This document shows, piece after piece, positions 35,411 to 47,163 of a stretch of DNA of 64,000 nucleotides. The translations under genes were made by a program, and so were the position numbers. Numbering within the stretch: position 1 is the stretch's first letter; each line of letters begins with the position of its first letter. The stretch lies in the NCBI GenBank assembly GCA_008632985.1, contig QPGO01000013.1, forward strand, positions 186,001 through 250,000, in the 5' to 3' direction. The notes below the pieces were generated by a model. The model saw only the letters and a list, made by a program, of their open reading frames with translations, searched no databases and was not told the DNA's origin. Source of the stretch: Psammoneis japonica (lineage: Eukaryota).

Positions 35411-36746
35411 ATGGAAAAGAAACCCGTTTCTCCTGCTGTTGTGGAAGGACCAGCTCCCAGCATTTCCCAGTCGACTGTTCTCCTGGTGGGAATTGCGATT
35501 TTTGTGTTGGCCCTCATTTGGCCTCCCCTGATTCTTGTGGTGGCCTATCTGCTTTCCATCTTTATCCCAACGGCCTATCGAGTCAATGACGAGGGCGTGT
35601 CGAGGCGTATTCAGTTCCGAAACTTTGCAAGTGAACCCAATTTGCCAGCCGACTATTTGAGCCTTCCCGAACATATCGAGTATCAAGACAAGTATTGGGC
35701 CAATTCCCGTGGCATGTGTTTGTCTACAACCACCATGAAACCAAAGAATACAGAAATCAAGGCGGTTCTGTGCTATTGTCATGGATACTGTGACAATGTG
35801 TCCTTTATGAAGCGTGTCGAATACCAGCGTTTTGTCAATGCGGGCATTGCCGTCATTATGATTGAGTACGAGGGACACGGTCGTTCCGACGGACTTGTGG
35901 GTTACATTGAAGACTGGGATCGTCTCGTGGGAGATGTGGATTCCTTCTTTGAAGAAACCATGCGCACGCAATTTCCCAATACGCCGTGCTTTCTCATGGG
36001 CGAGAGCATGGGAGGAGCTGTTTGCTATTCCACCTATAGCCGCAATCCCTCCTTGTACAAGGGTGTCGTGTTTTCGGCGCCAATGTGCAAGATTGCCGAT
36101 GACATGATGCCACCCGATGGTGTCGTTAAAGCGTTGCATTGGGTCTTGGAAAAATTTCCATTCATGGCCCGGCTTCCTCTGGCTCCGTCCAAGGGAGACT
36201 TGAAAGAGTTGTCCTTTCGCATACCCGAAAAGGGGGATTTAATTGCCAGGGCGCCCTCTATTTATGGCCGCAAGCCAAGACTTGCAACGGCTCGTGAACT
36301 TCTTGTAAGTATCTTGTTCTCTGATGCATATCCATTAGTACCACTAGAGATGAAAGAGACTCGCTTCTTACCGCACTCTTTCTTTACACTCTTTCCCTTT
36401 TTTGCCATTGGTCCAGCGCATCACGACTGAAATCTCCGCGTCCCTCCATGACTTTGATGCACCCTTTTTGGTGCAACATGGTTCGGACGATAAAGTAACA
36501 GACCCGCAGCTTTCGCAAACCTTGTACGATGAATCCAAGTCCAAGGACAAGAAGATAATCCTCTATGAAGGTGAGTGTTAAAGATTGTGAAGGTGATTTT
36601 GGGGACCAGGTGGATTTTCTCTCATTCAGTCCTTTTCTTATTTTTGTTTTACAGGAATGTGGCACGCCTTGACTGTCGGTGAGCCAGATGAAAACGTTGA
36701 TCTGGTGTTTAAGGATGCGATTGAATGGGTACTTGCTAGGATTTAG
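35411..36746 (+). CDS. Alpha/beta hydrolase, monoacylglycerol lipase / lysophospholipase-like (Hydrolase_4)
   Basis: CHGY, YEGHGRSDG, GESMGG nucleophile elbow, QHGSDDKVTDP and GMWH; introns ~36305-36416 and ~36571-36654; N-terminal transmembrane helix. Confidence 0.9.
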
Positions 36747-37367
36747 AAGCGGAACCAACCAGCCGGGAGCTTAACGGAACTGAGCGTATCTGTCGTGAGC
36801 TTCTTGGAATATGTGGCGTTCTTGCAGTGTCGATGCCCCTCTTTTAGCTAGTGGCAGCGGCAGTGGCTTCGAGGTCGGCAACTAGGACATCTACACTTAC
36901 GATTGGTTCGTACGGTAATCCTAGTTTGTAAGTACAACGATTGAGACTTCCTAATCTAGCTAGTTACAAAAAGAACAACGGTACGGGAAAGAGCAATGGC
37001 TTAGTAGCTAGGAAGGGCGAATCAATCTCGTAATCCTCGGCCGCTCCTGTCGTTTTTCTCTCCAGAAGTTGTCCCCGTTAGTTGCAAAACGGCCACGCAA
37101 ACACCCAAACACGGGGTGACTGACGACTGTCGAGCCCACGTCGATCGGCTCGATCCACGGTGCGATTTATTTCGCCGTAGCTCGCACGTAAGATCTTGGT
37201 AGGATCTTCACGACGAACGTGCGTAAGCAAAACTCCCGCCACCCGCATCATCAATCAACTTTTCGGAAATAACGGTCGCGTACGTGTTCAAACCTCTGCC
37301 GCAAGATAAAGCGTTCCTGCCTTCGCGTTGCTCTCACAAAAAATCTTCTGTCACCTTTACATCGAAA

Positions 37368-38830
37368 ATGAAGTTCTACACCGCCGTTCTCGCCCTCGCT
37401 GCTTGCGTTTCCACCTCCCAGGCTTTTGCCCCTGCCCGTAAGTGTTTTTGGAGAGACGATCTTGAAGGATTTGTGGCTTGATTTGGCGCTAGCGACAAGA
37501 TATGACGGATTTTCTTTGAATCTTTGGTCATCTGATTTATTTTGATGTGACTGACCCCATTCTTCCTTCTTTCTTATATATTTAAGACACCTTCGGTGTT
37601 CGCTCTGTCCCTTCTTTCGAGCTCGAGGCCAAGAAATCCATCGAGGACCTCTCTGAAGATGAACTCAAGGGAAAGAAGGTGTTGGTCCGTTGCGATGTGA
37701 ACGTTCCCCTTGACGGTAAGAAGATCACCGACGATACCCGTATCCGCTCTTCCATCCCCACTATTGAATACCTAAAGGGCAAGGGTGCCATTGTCACCGT
37801 CTGCTCGCACTTGGGTCGCCCCAAGGATGGTCCCGAGGACAAGTTCTCCCTTGGACCTTGCGCTGAGCGCATGGGTGAATTGCTCGGACAAGATGTTACT
37901 CTTGCCCCCGACTGCATCGGTGATGAGGTTAAAAAGATTGTCGATGAAGCCAAGGAGGGTGATGTGATCATGCTTGAGAACACCCGTTTCTACAAGGAGG
38001 AGACCAAGAACGAACCTGGATTCGTTGAGAAGCTTGCCGCTCCTTTCGATCTTTTCGTCAATGATGCCTTCGGTACCGCCCACCGTGCCCACGCTTCCAC
38101 TGAGGGTGTTACCAAGTTCCTCAGCCCCTCTGTCTCTGGTTTCTTGCTCGCCAAGGAGCTCGAGTACCTTGATGGAGCCGTCTCCAACGGCGAGAAGCCC
38201 ATGGCTGCCATCGTCGGAGGTTCCAAGGTCTCCTCCAAGATCACCGTCTTGGAGGCCTTGCTTGACAAGTGCGACAAGGTCATCATTGGAGGAGGTATGG
38301 TTTTCACCTTCCTCAAGGCCAAGGGTCTTCCCGTTGGAACCTCCCTTGTTGAGGACGACTTTGTTGACACTGCCAAGGCTGTTATGGAGAAGGCTGAGAA
38401 GCTCGGAAAGGAGATCATCCTCCCCGTCGATATTGTTGTTGCCGATGCTTTCGCCGCTGATGCCAACACCAAGACTGTCCCGGTCGATGAAATTCCCGAT
38501 GGCTGGATGGGTCTTGACAACGGCCCCGAGACCACTGCTGCACAGAAGGAGGCCCTTTCTGACTGCAAGACCATCATCATGAACGGACCCATGGGTGTGT
38601 TCGAGTTCGAGGCTTTCAACAAGGGAACCTTCGGAATTGTCGACATCCTCGCTGACTTGAGCAAGGAGAAGGGTGCCATCACCATCATTGGAGGAGGTGA
38701 CTCTGTTGCCGCCTGCGAACAAAGTGGCCGTGCGAGTGAGATGTCCCACATCTCCACGGGAGGAGGAGCCTCTTTGGAACTCCTCGAGGGCAAGGTCCTT
38801 CCAGGTGTTGCCGCTCTTGCTGACAAATAA
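37368..38830 (+). CDS. PGK: Phosphoglycerate kinase, plastid-targeted
   Basis: [22 protein letters not shown] bipartite presequence; intron 37438-37586; [27 protein letters not shown] and [13 protein letters not shown]. Confidence 0.97.
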
Positions 38831-39209
38831 ATTTCTTCACACCACTAAGCAAATGCACTCTTAAATCATATAAACCAGCATAGTTTACACCAACATGGCC
38901 GAATAAAAGCTCTTTCTCAAGTAACTCCCTTTCCGATAGGGTGGCTGCATCTGTTATCGCAAACCGGCAAGTATTCCTTGTCCGACTACATGCACACTCG
39001 CGGTTGAAAATGTATGGACGAGACGCAACGAAGGAGCACTACTCTTCCTTCTGCAAACAAAGGCATAGAGCGAAGCTGTCGTGGCAAGGGCCTGAACAGC
39101 GACGGTCTTCAGCTGAGACGTAAGTAGAATCTCAGACTGAAACTCTATCCTTGACGAAGCGACAGAAATAATCGGTGTATTAACTTAACACAAGCTAGGT
39201 CGTCTACAG

Positions 39210-42200
39210 CTAGCCAACGACCTCGTCAAACAGTGCCTGCCACTTTGCGGCTCCAAGAAGATCGCTGAGTGCAGCAGCTTCGCCTCCAAATTTCGCGTTA
39301 GCTGCGTCTTTCCCGTTCCTCTTAACCATGAAGACGAGGGAGTTTTTAATAAGCTTCTCTTTCGAGTCGTCCGCGTCTAGCTTTTTGCACTGATCACAAA
39401 GCCAGGGAATGCTTACAGCACCAACGAATAGCAATGCAGCTAGAATGTTCCCAAGGTATTCGTAGGCTCTAGGGGCATCGAGGACGAAGCTCTCGATGAA
39501 TTCAATAACCTCAGCCCATCCATTCTGAACGTCCTCGTTGCTCAATTTTCCTTTCTCGAAAAGAATGAGTAGCATCTCGATAATTGCATCCCTTTCTTCG
39601 TCTTTGCAATCAATGGAACGATCCGCATTTCTCATTACAAATGCGATTCCAGAATCCGGCGTGCCGCTCAGCTCATCCACCGACAGCAACAGCTCGTCAA
39701 TGTTCGTCATGTCCTGCATGAACTCCGATCTGATATTGTCTATTCTCAGATCTAATTTCTCCTTCGTGAGGGGAGGCGCCTTCGAAGGAACTGGACTAGA
39801 AGGTGGAGAAGGAGACGGAGTAGCTCTTCGGGGAGGCGGGGTGATGCTCTTCGTCTTTGGTGATTGTGCTCTCGAGCCTGCTCGACCTCTCGGTTGGAGC
39901 TGTCCTCTATTTCCACCACCACCGCTGTTCCCTCCACCACCACGCACCACGGTGGTAAAGCCATCTGCATCCGCTTGCACATTTTTCTGCGATGAACGCC
40001 TGGGAATGCTACCTCCGCCTCCACCGCCTCCACCATATGAACTCCGGCGTCCTCGATTGTCCCGATCCCCTCCGCCTCCTCGTCCTCCACGACCGCCGTA
40101 GTCCCTATCTCTGCGGTCACCGCCTTGCCTTCCACGATAGCCACCCATTTGCTGAGCCTGTTGAGCCTGCATGCGCTCTTCTCGTTCGGCGTCCTTACGA
40201 ATTTCTTCCAAGGTTTTGGCGGTCTCGACCTCTCTCCGAAGCTTCCAGCGGTTTTGACGAAGCTCGATCAAGTCCTTATACATAAATCTAGATCTCGACG
40301 GCAGAGCCTTGTCCTCGCTAAACTTCCCGATCTTGGCAAAACAAACATTCATGAAGGATTGCGCTTTCGGGTGGTCGATCGTCTTTCCGATCGTTGTAAA
40401 CAAGCTGCAAACCGCCTCGTGATCTTCTTCGTCCATGTCAGTGCTCCCGGAATCCTTATACTCCGGATTCTTGGAAGATTCGGACTTCACCTCCTCGAGT
40501 TTCAAAAGAGAAGCAATGCAGTACCTCATGATCTTCTCCTTCAGGAGATTCACTTTGTACAGCTGTCCAATGAATTTGATGTTTCCAAGCATCTGCTTTT
40601 TGATCTTCATGCGTCGGAATTCTAATTCCTCTTCCTTCTCTAGTCGTTCTGCTTCTTTCAACGACGACTTGGATTCTTCGTATTCCTTCTTCTCCTTGGT
40701 CCAATCGACATAAATGTCTTGTTTGTTAAACTCGTCTTCGCACTTGTTAAGAAGAGACCTCTTAAAGCTGTTCTCTTTGTTTGCGTGTGAGATGCATTGG
40801 CGCTCTGAAAAAAAGATTTCGTCAGAGAGTTGCTGTCCACACTCCTTCGCCTCACTAACTGAGAAGAAGACAGTATAAAACACAGATTCCTCCCCTTCTT
40901 CGGCGTCTTTCTTTTTCATGATTTTCACAAAAGTTCCACGCCTGATCTTGACACTATCCAGTACGAGTTCCATTTCACCTCGCTCAATCGGATCTGGTGC
41001 GGTATCTTCATCCAAGGCTGCCTCGATGCATTCATCAGCAGAATCAAACGGGCCGACCACTTCAGCATCGGTTACATCAACGTCGTTGCTCCATCGATAC
41101 GTAGTAACGTCGTCTCTCGTCACTGGTTCTCCACCCTCCTCGGTCGGTGGTTCCTCGTCACTCTCAATTATCCTGATAAAGCTATTGGATTGCATTTGTT
41201 GAGACAATCTGCAACATAGATTCGCGTACATGTCTCCAAACGAAGGTTCGTCGATAGCCTTCTCGTACACGTTGGAAATCATCATGTTCAGCATATCGTA
41301 GCTCAAAATGGGAATCTCACACATCTGGTCACTGAGCTTCTGGAACTTTTCCTTTGTCATCTTGTTCAGAATCGACTTGACCTTTTTCTCTGCCACAATC
41401 ATGGCATTTGCATTCTTCTTTGGTTTCCAGCGATTCTCTGACTTGACTAGAGGAGCCACGGGACCGTCAAAGAAAGGCGGCCCTTGACCACGTCCACCCC
41501 GTCCGCCTCCGCGGCCTCCCTTGTTGGGCGGTGGTTTCGGAGGAGCAACACCCCGACTCCACTGCCCGCCATTCGCCGACGATTGTCGACGATTCTGATC
41601 TCGGGGCTGCGATTGACCACGGGACCAATCCCCTCCACCACCAGAGCGGCGTCTGCTGGAGCCAGTGGAGGGCCCACGTTGAATGGTTTGATCAGGCAAA
41701 TCGTCTGGACGACGAAGACAAATCTCGCACTCACGATAGCGGAGTAAGTCTTGCTTGGAGTACACGCGGCGTTTGCTATTTCCGCCAGCTGGCGGTGGTG
41801 AACCTCCCCTGCTCGAACGAAGGCCTCCGCCAGGACGGAGCCCTGGTGAACTAATGCTGACCTTCTCCATTCGAGACGCAAGAGAGGACATGGATGTTTC
41901 AGCTTGTTTCTTCTTCTTTGCAGCCTCTTCTGCGTCCCGTTTCGCCTTCTCTTCGGCCTCCTTGCGAGCTTTTTCTTCGGCCTCTTTACGAGCCTTCTCC
42001 TCGGCCTCCTTACGAGCCTTCTCCTCGGCCTCCTTGCGGATCTTTTCTTCCTCCTCCTCTCTGTTGGCTTTTTCTTCCGCCTCTTTCTTCGCCTTTTCTT
42101 CGGCCTCAATCTTGGCCTTTTCTTCAGCTACCTTTCTCGCTTCCTCCTCTTCCTTCTTTTTAGCATCAGCTTGGAGCCTTTCCAGAACCATTTGCTTCAT

Positions 42201-42997
42201 CCTAGATCCAGCATCTGATGCAGGGGCAGATGCTGCTGCGGCCAGCGAAGAGGGCTTTGACGTTTCATCTTTCTTGGTGGTCGTCCCGCCAATAACAATC
42301 GGGTTACCATCTTTGTCCTGTACATCAAGGCGAAAACAAAATTCGAGTCGTCAGAAACGACCACCATACATATATACGACTAATCAAACGGATAGCAACT
42401 TACTGTAATGGTTGCGATTCTCTTTTCTGGTTTGGGCCTCTGCTGCGTTGGTTGCTGCTGTTGCTGAGGAGGTGGAAAATACATGCCTCCCTGTCCTGGG
42501 GGATGCCCATACGCAGGAGGCGCTGGCTGCCACGATGATCCAGCGGGACGTCCATAAGCAGCAGCTACAGCATGCTGATGCTGATAATACGGAGCACCGT
42601 AACCGGCTGCCGGGTGGTAGTAAGCCTGGGGCGGTGCCGCGGCTGCATACGGATTATGCTGTTGCGGTGGAGGACGCTGCTGTTGTGGCTGCTGCTGTGG
42701 TGGCGGCGGCGGCTGTTGTTGCTGCTGTGGTTGCGGCGGCGGCTGTGACTGCGGTGGTGGCTGTTGCTGCTGATGCTGTAGAGGAGGATACGCGCCGGGA
42801 GGCAAAGATCCTACAGGCACAGCTCCTAGAGGCACACCTCCAGTAGCAGCAGCAGCTTGTTGCAAACTACTCGCCACGGCGCCTCCAGGGGGATTCGTTT
42901 GCCATGCCGATGGACGAGGCTGCTGCTGCTGTTGCTGCTGCTGCTTTTGCGAACCTCCTCCCTGTCTGTTACTATAGTTAGAAGGGGCGGTCGACAT
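39210..42997 (-). CDS. eIF4G: Eukaryotic translation initiation factor 4G
   Basis: Q/P-rich exon 1; intron ~42319-42402; YSKQDLL eIF4E-binding motif; MIF4G (KSILNKMT, EKAIDEPSFGDMYANLC, LGNIKFIGQLYK); C-terminal MA3-like domain. Confidence 0.93.
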
Positions 42998-43489
42998 GTT
43001 GTTGTTCGTTAATGGGAAGCGTAACTGTGCTGATTACAATGGCACAAAAGTGTTACGGTTACTCTCCTGTCTCTCACCTGTTGCTTTCTGTCGTGTGCGA
43101 GTGGCGAACGGTTATTTTGGAATGTTTCCCGCCATTTTTCGACCACACGATTTCAACGCGCGAAAACGCGCATTATGCAAGGCTCAACATACGGAGGACG
43201 GCCAGGCAAAAACGATTTTCAAAATGCGAGGACACGCAACAACAAAACACAAACGATGTATGTGTCTCCACTGCCGACAGATGTGTCCCGAGAAGACAAG
43301 TACTAGTGGCATAAAATCCGTTCTATCACGGGGAAAACAAAAATCAGTTCTCTTCGATGCGGTATTGCTTGGTCTAGGTCTATTTTGCTGTTCTGGACAC
43401 TGGACACTACAGTCACTCCCTTTCAAAAACTCATTTGTAGCGCACTCACCAGGAAAACGCGTGAGAGAGAAACACCTGAAATACCAATC

Positions 43490-43828
43490 ATGGACTCGCA
43501 CGACTACAAGACTCAAATTGTTGAAATGGAGCACTCGTGGTACTGTCCCGATGACGGCGTCGGATTGTGTAACCTGAGTCACGTGCTGAGCATGAGCATG
43601 TTTTTTGGCCCATTGATTCTCTTGAACACGTGGGCCTATGTCTCGCTCATTCGATTGGGGAGAAAAAAGTTCATGAAGTTCACCCCCAAGCAGGGTTTCC
43701 ACTGGCGGTGCAAACTGAATTTGCTGCTAGCCACGATTGCTGCGATTGCACAGTGGGTGGCTTTTCTCGGGTGTCTCATCACGTCCATTTGGCTGAATTA
43801 CAACATGTCAAGCGACGAGAGTAAATAA
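43490..43828 (+). CDS. Small hypothetical two-helix membrane protein
   Basis: ORF MDSHDYKTQIVEMEHSWYCPDDG with two hydrophobic stretches, divergent from eIF4G. Confidence 0.45.
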   Translation: MDSHDYKTQIVEMEHSWYCPDDGVGLCNLSHVLSMSMFFGPLILLNTWAYVSLIRLGRKKFMKFTPKQGFHWRCKLNLLLATIAAIAQWVAFLGCLITSIWLNYNMSSDESK

Positions 43829-44788
43829 ATCATATCACAATGGGTCGAAGTCATTGTTGGGGATTCCATTGGGATTATAAAGAGGAAGCGATGTGTCAAG
43901 AAATTTTGGGCATTTTGTAGGGATTTATCCACGGAATTCGAAAACTGTTGGAATGCACCATGTCTCATAGTAGCTTAAACGGAATGTACATAGCGCACAC
44001 TATCCCGATACACGAGATGCAAAGCTTTCACTGTTCTACAGAAAATGTCTGCCGCTCAAGAATGTTTTTCCCAATCAAGCCACCATCGTTTGTTAGCGGT
44101 GGCATGATGAACAAGGGTCAATCCAGCTATTGGCTTTTAACAATCTGTAATTGGCAGTGCTAGTCGTACAGCTTCGAAAGATCAATGTGTGCCATGCTCA
44201 TGGCGATGTCGAAAACTTTAACTCCTCCAAAGCTAGAGTGGCTGCTCTGGTCCTAGAGCTAACTAGGGTAGCCATCTACTCCAGAGTAGCTCTAGAGTAG
44301 CTCGCTCTCTACTAGCTAGAGAAGCAGTCGTTTCAATCACAGGGGAGCGTCGGACGCGCAGCTACTGTAGCAGGCAGCGACATGATCAAATTTTGGAACT
44401 TATTTGGCCTACATTCATGAGGCTTATCATTAAATTATCGAAAATTATAGCTTTCTTTTCTACACAGATTTTACGTGGAGAAGACGCATGCCGGTTTCCA
44501 GAAATCTTTCCAGCATGAAGTCCCGCCTTCAAGGATAAAACCGCAAAAAGATCGCAGATCGCCAACAGAACACGAGCAGTGATTCTGAGCAAGAACAGAA
44601 AAGTGAACCTCAAGCCTTCTTCAAGTCATAGTGCATGCGAGAATCGAGGACCGCGTTGACACGCTGTGGATTTTAAAATAAAGTGAGCCTCAAGCCTATT
44701 CGAGCGAGTGCATGCAAGAATCGAGACTTGCACATTGCATTCCACTCCATAAGTACTCTGTATGGAGAGGACCGCAAGTTGTAAAACA

Positions 44789-46828
44789 ATGAAGGCGTCA
44801 ACAATCTTGTTTCTATCATCTTTAGCCACCATCGCCCATGGCACAACGTGCTTCTTGCATGCTGCCCCCGCTTTCCGAATTCCGACAACGACAAGGCCAC
44901 TCCAAGCATCAGAAGTCCATGTCGACACTGTTGTCAAGAATGAGGATGATTCAGGGGTTGAAACATCGTCTGATACATTGTTTCTTCTGGATCAGAACGC
45001 CGGAGTGTTGGACCAGGCTCTTGGATTCTTGACCGGAGCGTCGTTGGTGTACCTTTATGCGGAGCTACGACAGCTTTGCTATGCCGGATTCACTGTCACG
45101 GAGTTTGACGAAATTGACTGCAACAAGGGCAACATTGTAACGGCACAAGGCATTATGGCTGTCTTTCTTCGAGAACGCTTCTGGTCTGTGGCGGTGAATG
45201 ACAATGATATATTAGACGAGGGAGAAGAGTTTCGCGACGACAAGTAGTAAGTTTTTGATACTCTTGAGAGCTTGACGAGATGTGAATATGTTTCCTTGAC
45301 CTGACTCGTCCTTTCTTCTCTTTGTTGGAAGCACGTTGGATATCCTCCAAAAAGATATGAAGCAAAGCATCGAATACGGAAACACTATACTTCGGGGGAC
45401 GCCGCGAGCAAATTCAGCAAAGGCACTGCAGAAAGAAATCTCGATACTTGCAAAGCGTGTCGCTAGTTCAAACAGAGTCGCACCAAAGCCTGATGCCGTC
45501 GAGGGCGCCGAGAAGATTACTGGAAAGCTAGTGAAAAAGCTCTTGGAACGGAACGCAGCTACGGATGAGTTTCCAGATACAGGAAACAAAAAGCTCATTG
45601 CTCTCATCAAAGAGTTTTCCCGTGTCTATTTGGTTCCAGGTTCAATGCTCAAAGCAATTTTCACGGATGACGTGGAGCTTGTCCATTTCAGTGATCGCTA
45701 TCCGCTAAAAGTGAGCTTCTGTGTCTTTTATGGTCGACCTATGCTATGACGATTCCTCCGTGGGCTAACATACATTGCCTGTTGTATTTTGTCCATCTTG
45801 AATTTAAAGGAGTGTGTTTGGGGTGTCACAATCAATTACACCCAGAAACACATCACTGTGGTTTTCCGTGGATCAGTAAATACCAATGATTGGAAAAACA
45901 ACATTCAAATTGTGCAGAACAGCGTTCCCAATCCGGTCAAAGGAACGGACATTGATGAAATCGGAATGCATTTTGGATTCCACGCCTTCCTCCGACGCAA
46001 GAGAATGAACGGTAAATACGAAAACACCTTTGAGGAAATCATGGCTACGGTGGAAAAAGCGTACAAAGACGTCGGCGCAGACAGCGACTGGAGGTACGTT
46101 GACATTGATCGAATTGCAGTTCATAGAATACACAGTGCTATGATTCCTAATGGTCTTGCTGTATTGCAGAATCGCTGTCACAGGCCACAGTCTGGGCGCG
46201 GCGTTGGCGAGTGCCTTTGGGTTTTACGCGGCGGCTGATGGACGGTTTCACAACGAGGGCAGGCCGATTGAAATATACTCATTTGCATCCCCTTACGTTG
46301 GAGACGGCCGTTTCCGTAGTGCCGTGAAAAAGCTTGAAGAAGATGGGAAGCTTGTCCACGCCCGTTTTTGTAACAAGCACGATGTTGTGACCTACGAACC
46401 AACCATATCCCCTGACCTAGACTTCTCCAAGATATTTCGAATTTCAGAGTGGAACGTGAGTTGCAAACTTCTGTGGTATTCAGAAGTTGTCACAGCGAGT
46501 TTCCTGTTTCCTTACTTTTCTAGTTCTTCTTTTCTTTGGACAGATCGGCTTCTATCATCACGTGGGCTTGCAGATCCAGCTTATGATTGACGACGAAAAG
46601 CCGGCAAGTATATTGTATCCGAGTAAAGACAATGTCCTTGCTGACTTGAAGCGGGGACTGAACTACTTTCTTCCATTCAGTTTATGGTACGCGTTTGATT
46701 TCGCGACTTTTCACACTATCGGGGAGTACGAAAGGCGCATCAAGGCAGAGAGAACTCGAGTTGATACCGATACTCTAAATGTTACACTTGTGGGATATTA
46801 TGAACGCGAGGGCATTGTGAAGAAATAG
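44789..46828 (+). CDS. Lipase class 3 family protein, multi-exon, with signal peptide
   Basis: ITVVFRGS, MHFGF, VTGHSLGAALA, YSFASPYVGD, DVV and HHVG; GT-AG introns near 45247, 45711, 46094 and 46456. Confidence 0.9.
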
Positions 46829-47163
46829 GAAAGCACTTACGCAGAACGGCACTGGTTGTCAGGACACCAATATACGCACTATCAGCCGTAATCAGTGGCG
46901 TCTTGCCCCAAGCACCCCAAGAGCAACAGCACCAAATGTCCACTAATGCTAGTAGGTTTTGCAACTTATCTTGATCCGCAGTCACATACCTGGAGGTTTG
47001 CTCGTCATCCTCACTTGGTGAAATAGTCTCTCGCACCGCATTTGTTCAAAAGCCAAAAATGCGAAGGACCACCTGTGCCTGACTACCTACATCGTAAGAC
47101 TTTTGTGTAGCACGCAGAATCCAGTGCGCCGGAACCGATTGGCGCTGATCAAGCGAGTAGCCG

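Noticed and set aside
37772..38826. Long antisense ORFs over PGK (also over eIF4G and RPL17)
   Set aside because: Expected shadows of strong codon bias in highly expressed genes.
44230..44720. ctagag/agct-rich patch and an ~80-bp degenerate direct repeat upstream of the lipase
   Set aside because: Short and low-complexity, with no TIR/TSD or other support for function.
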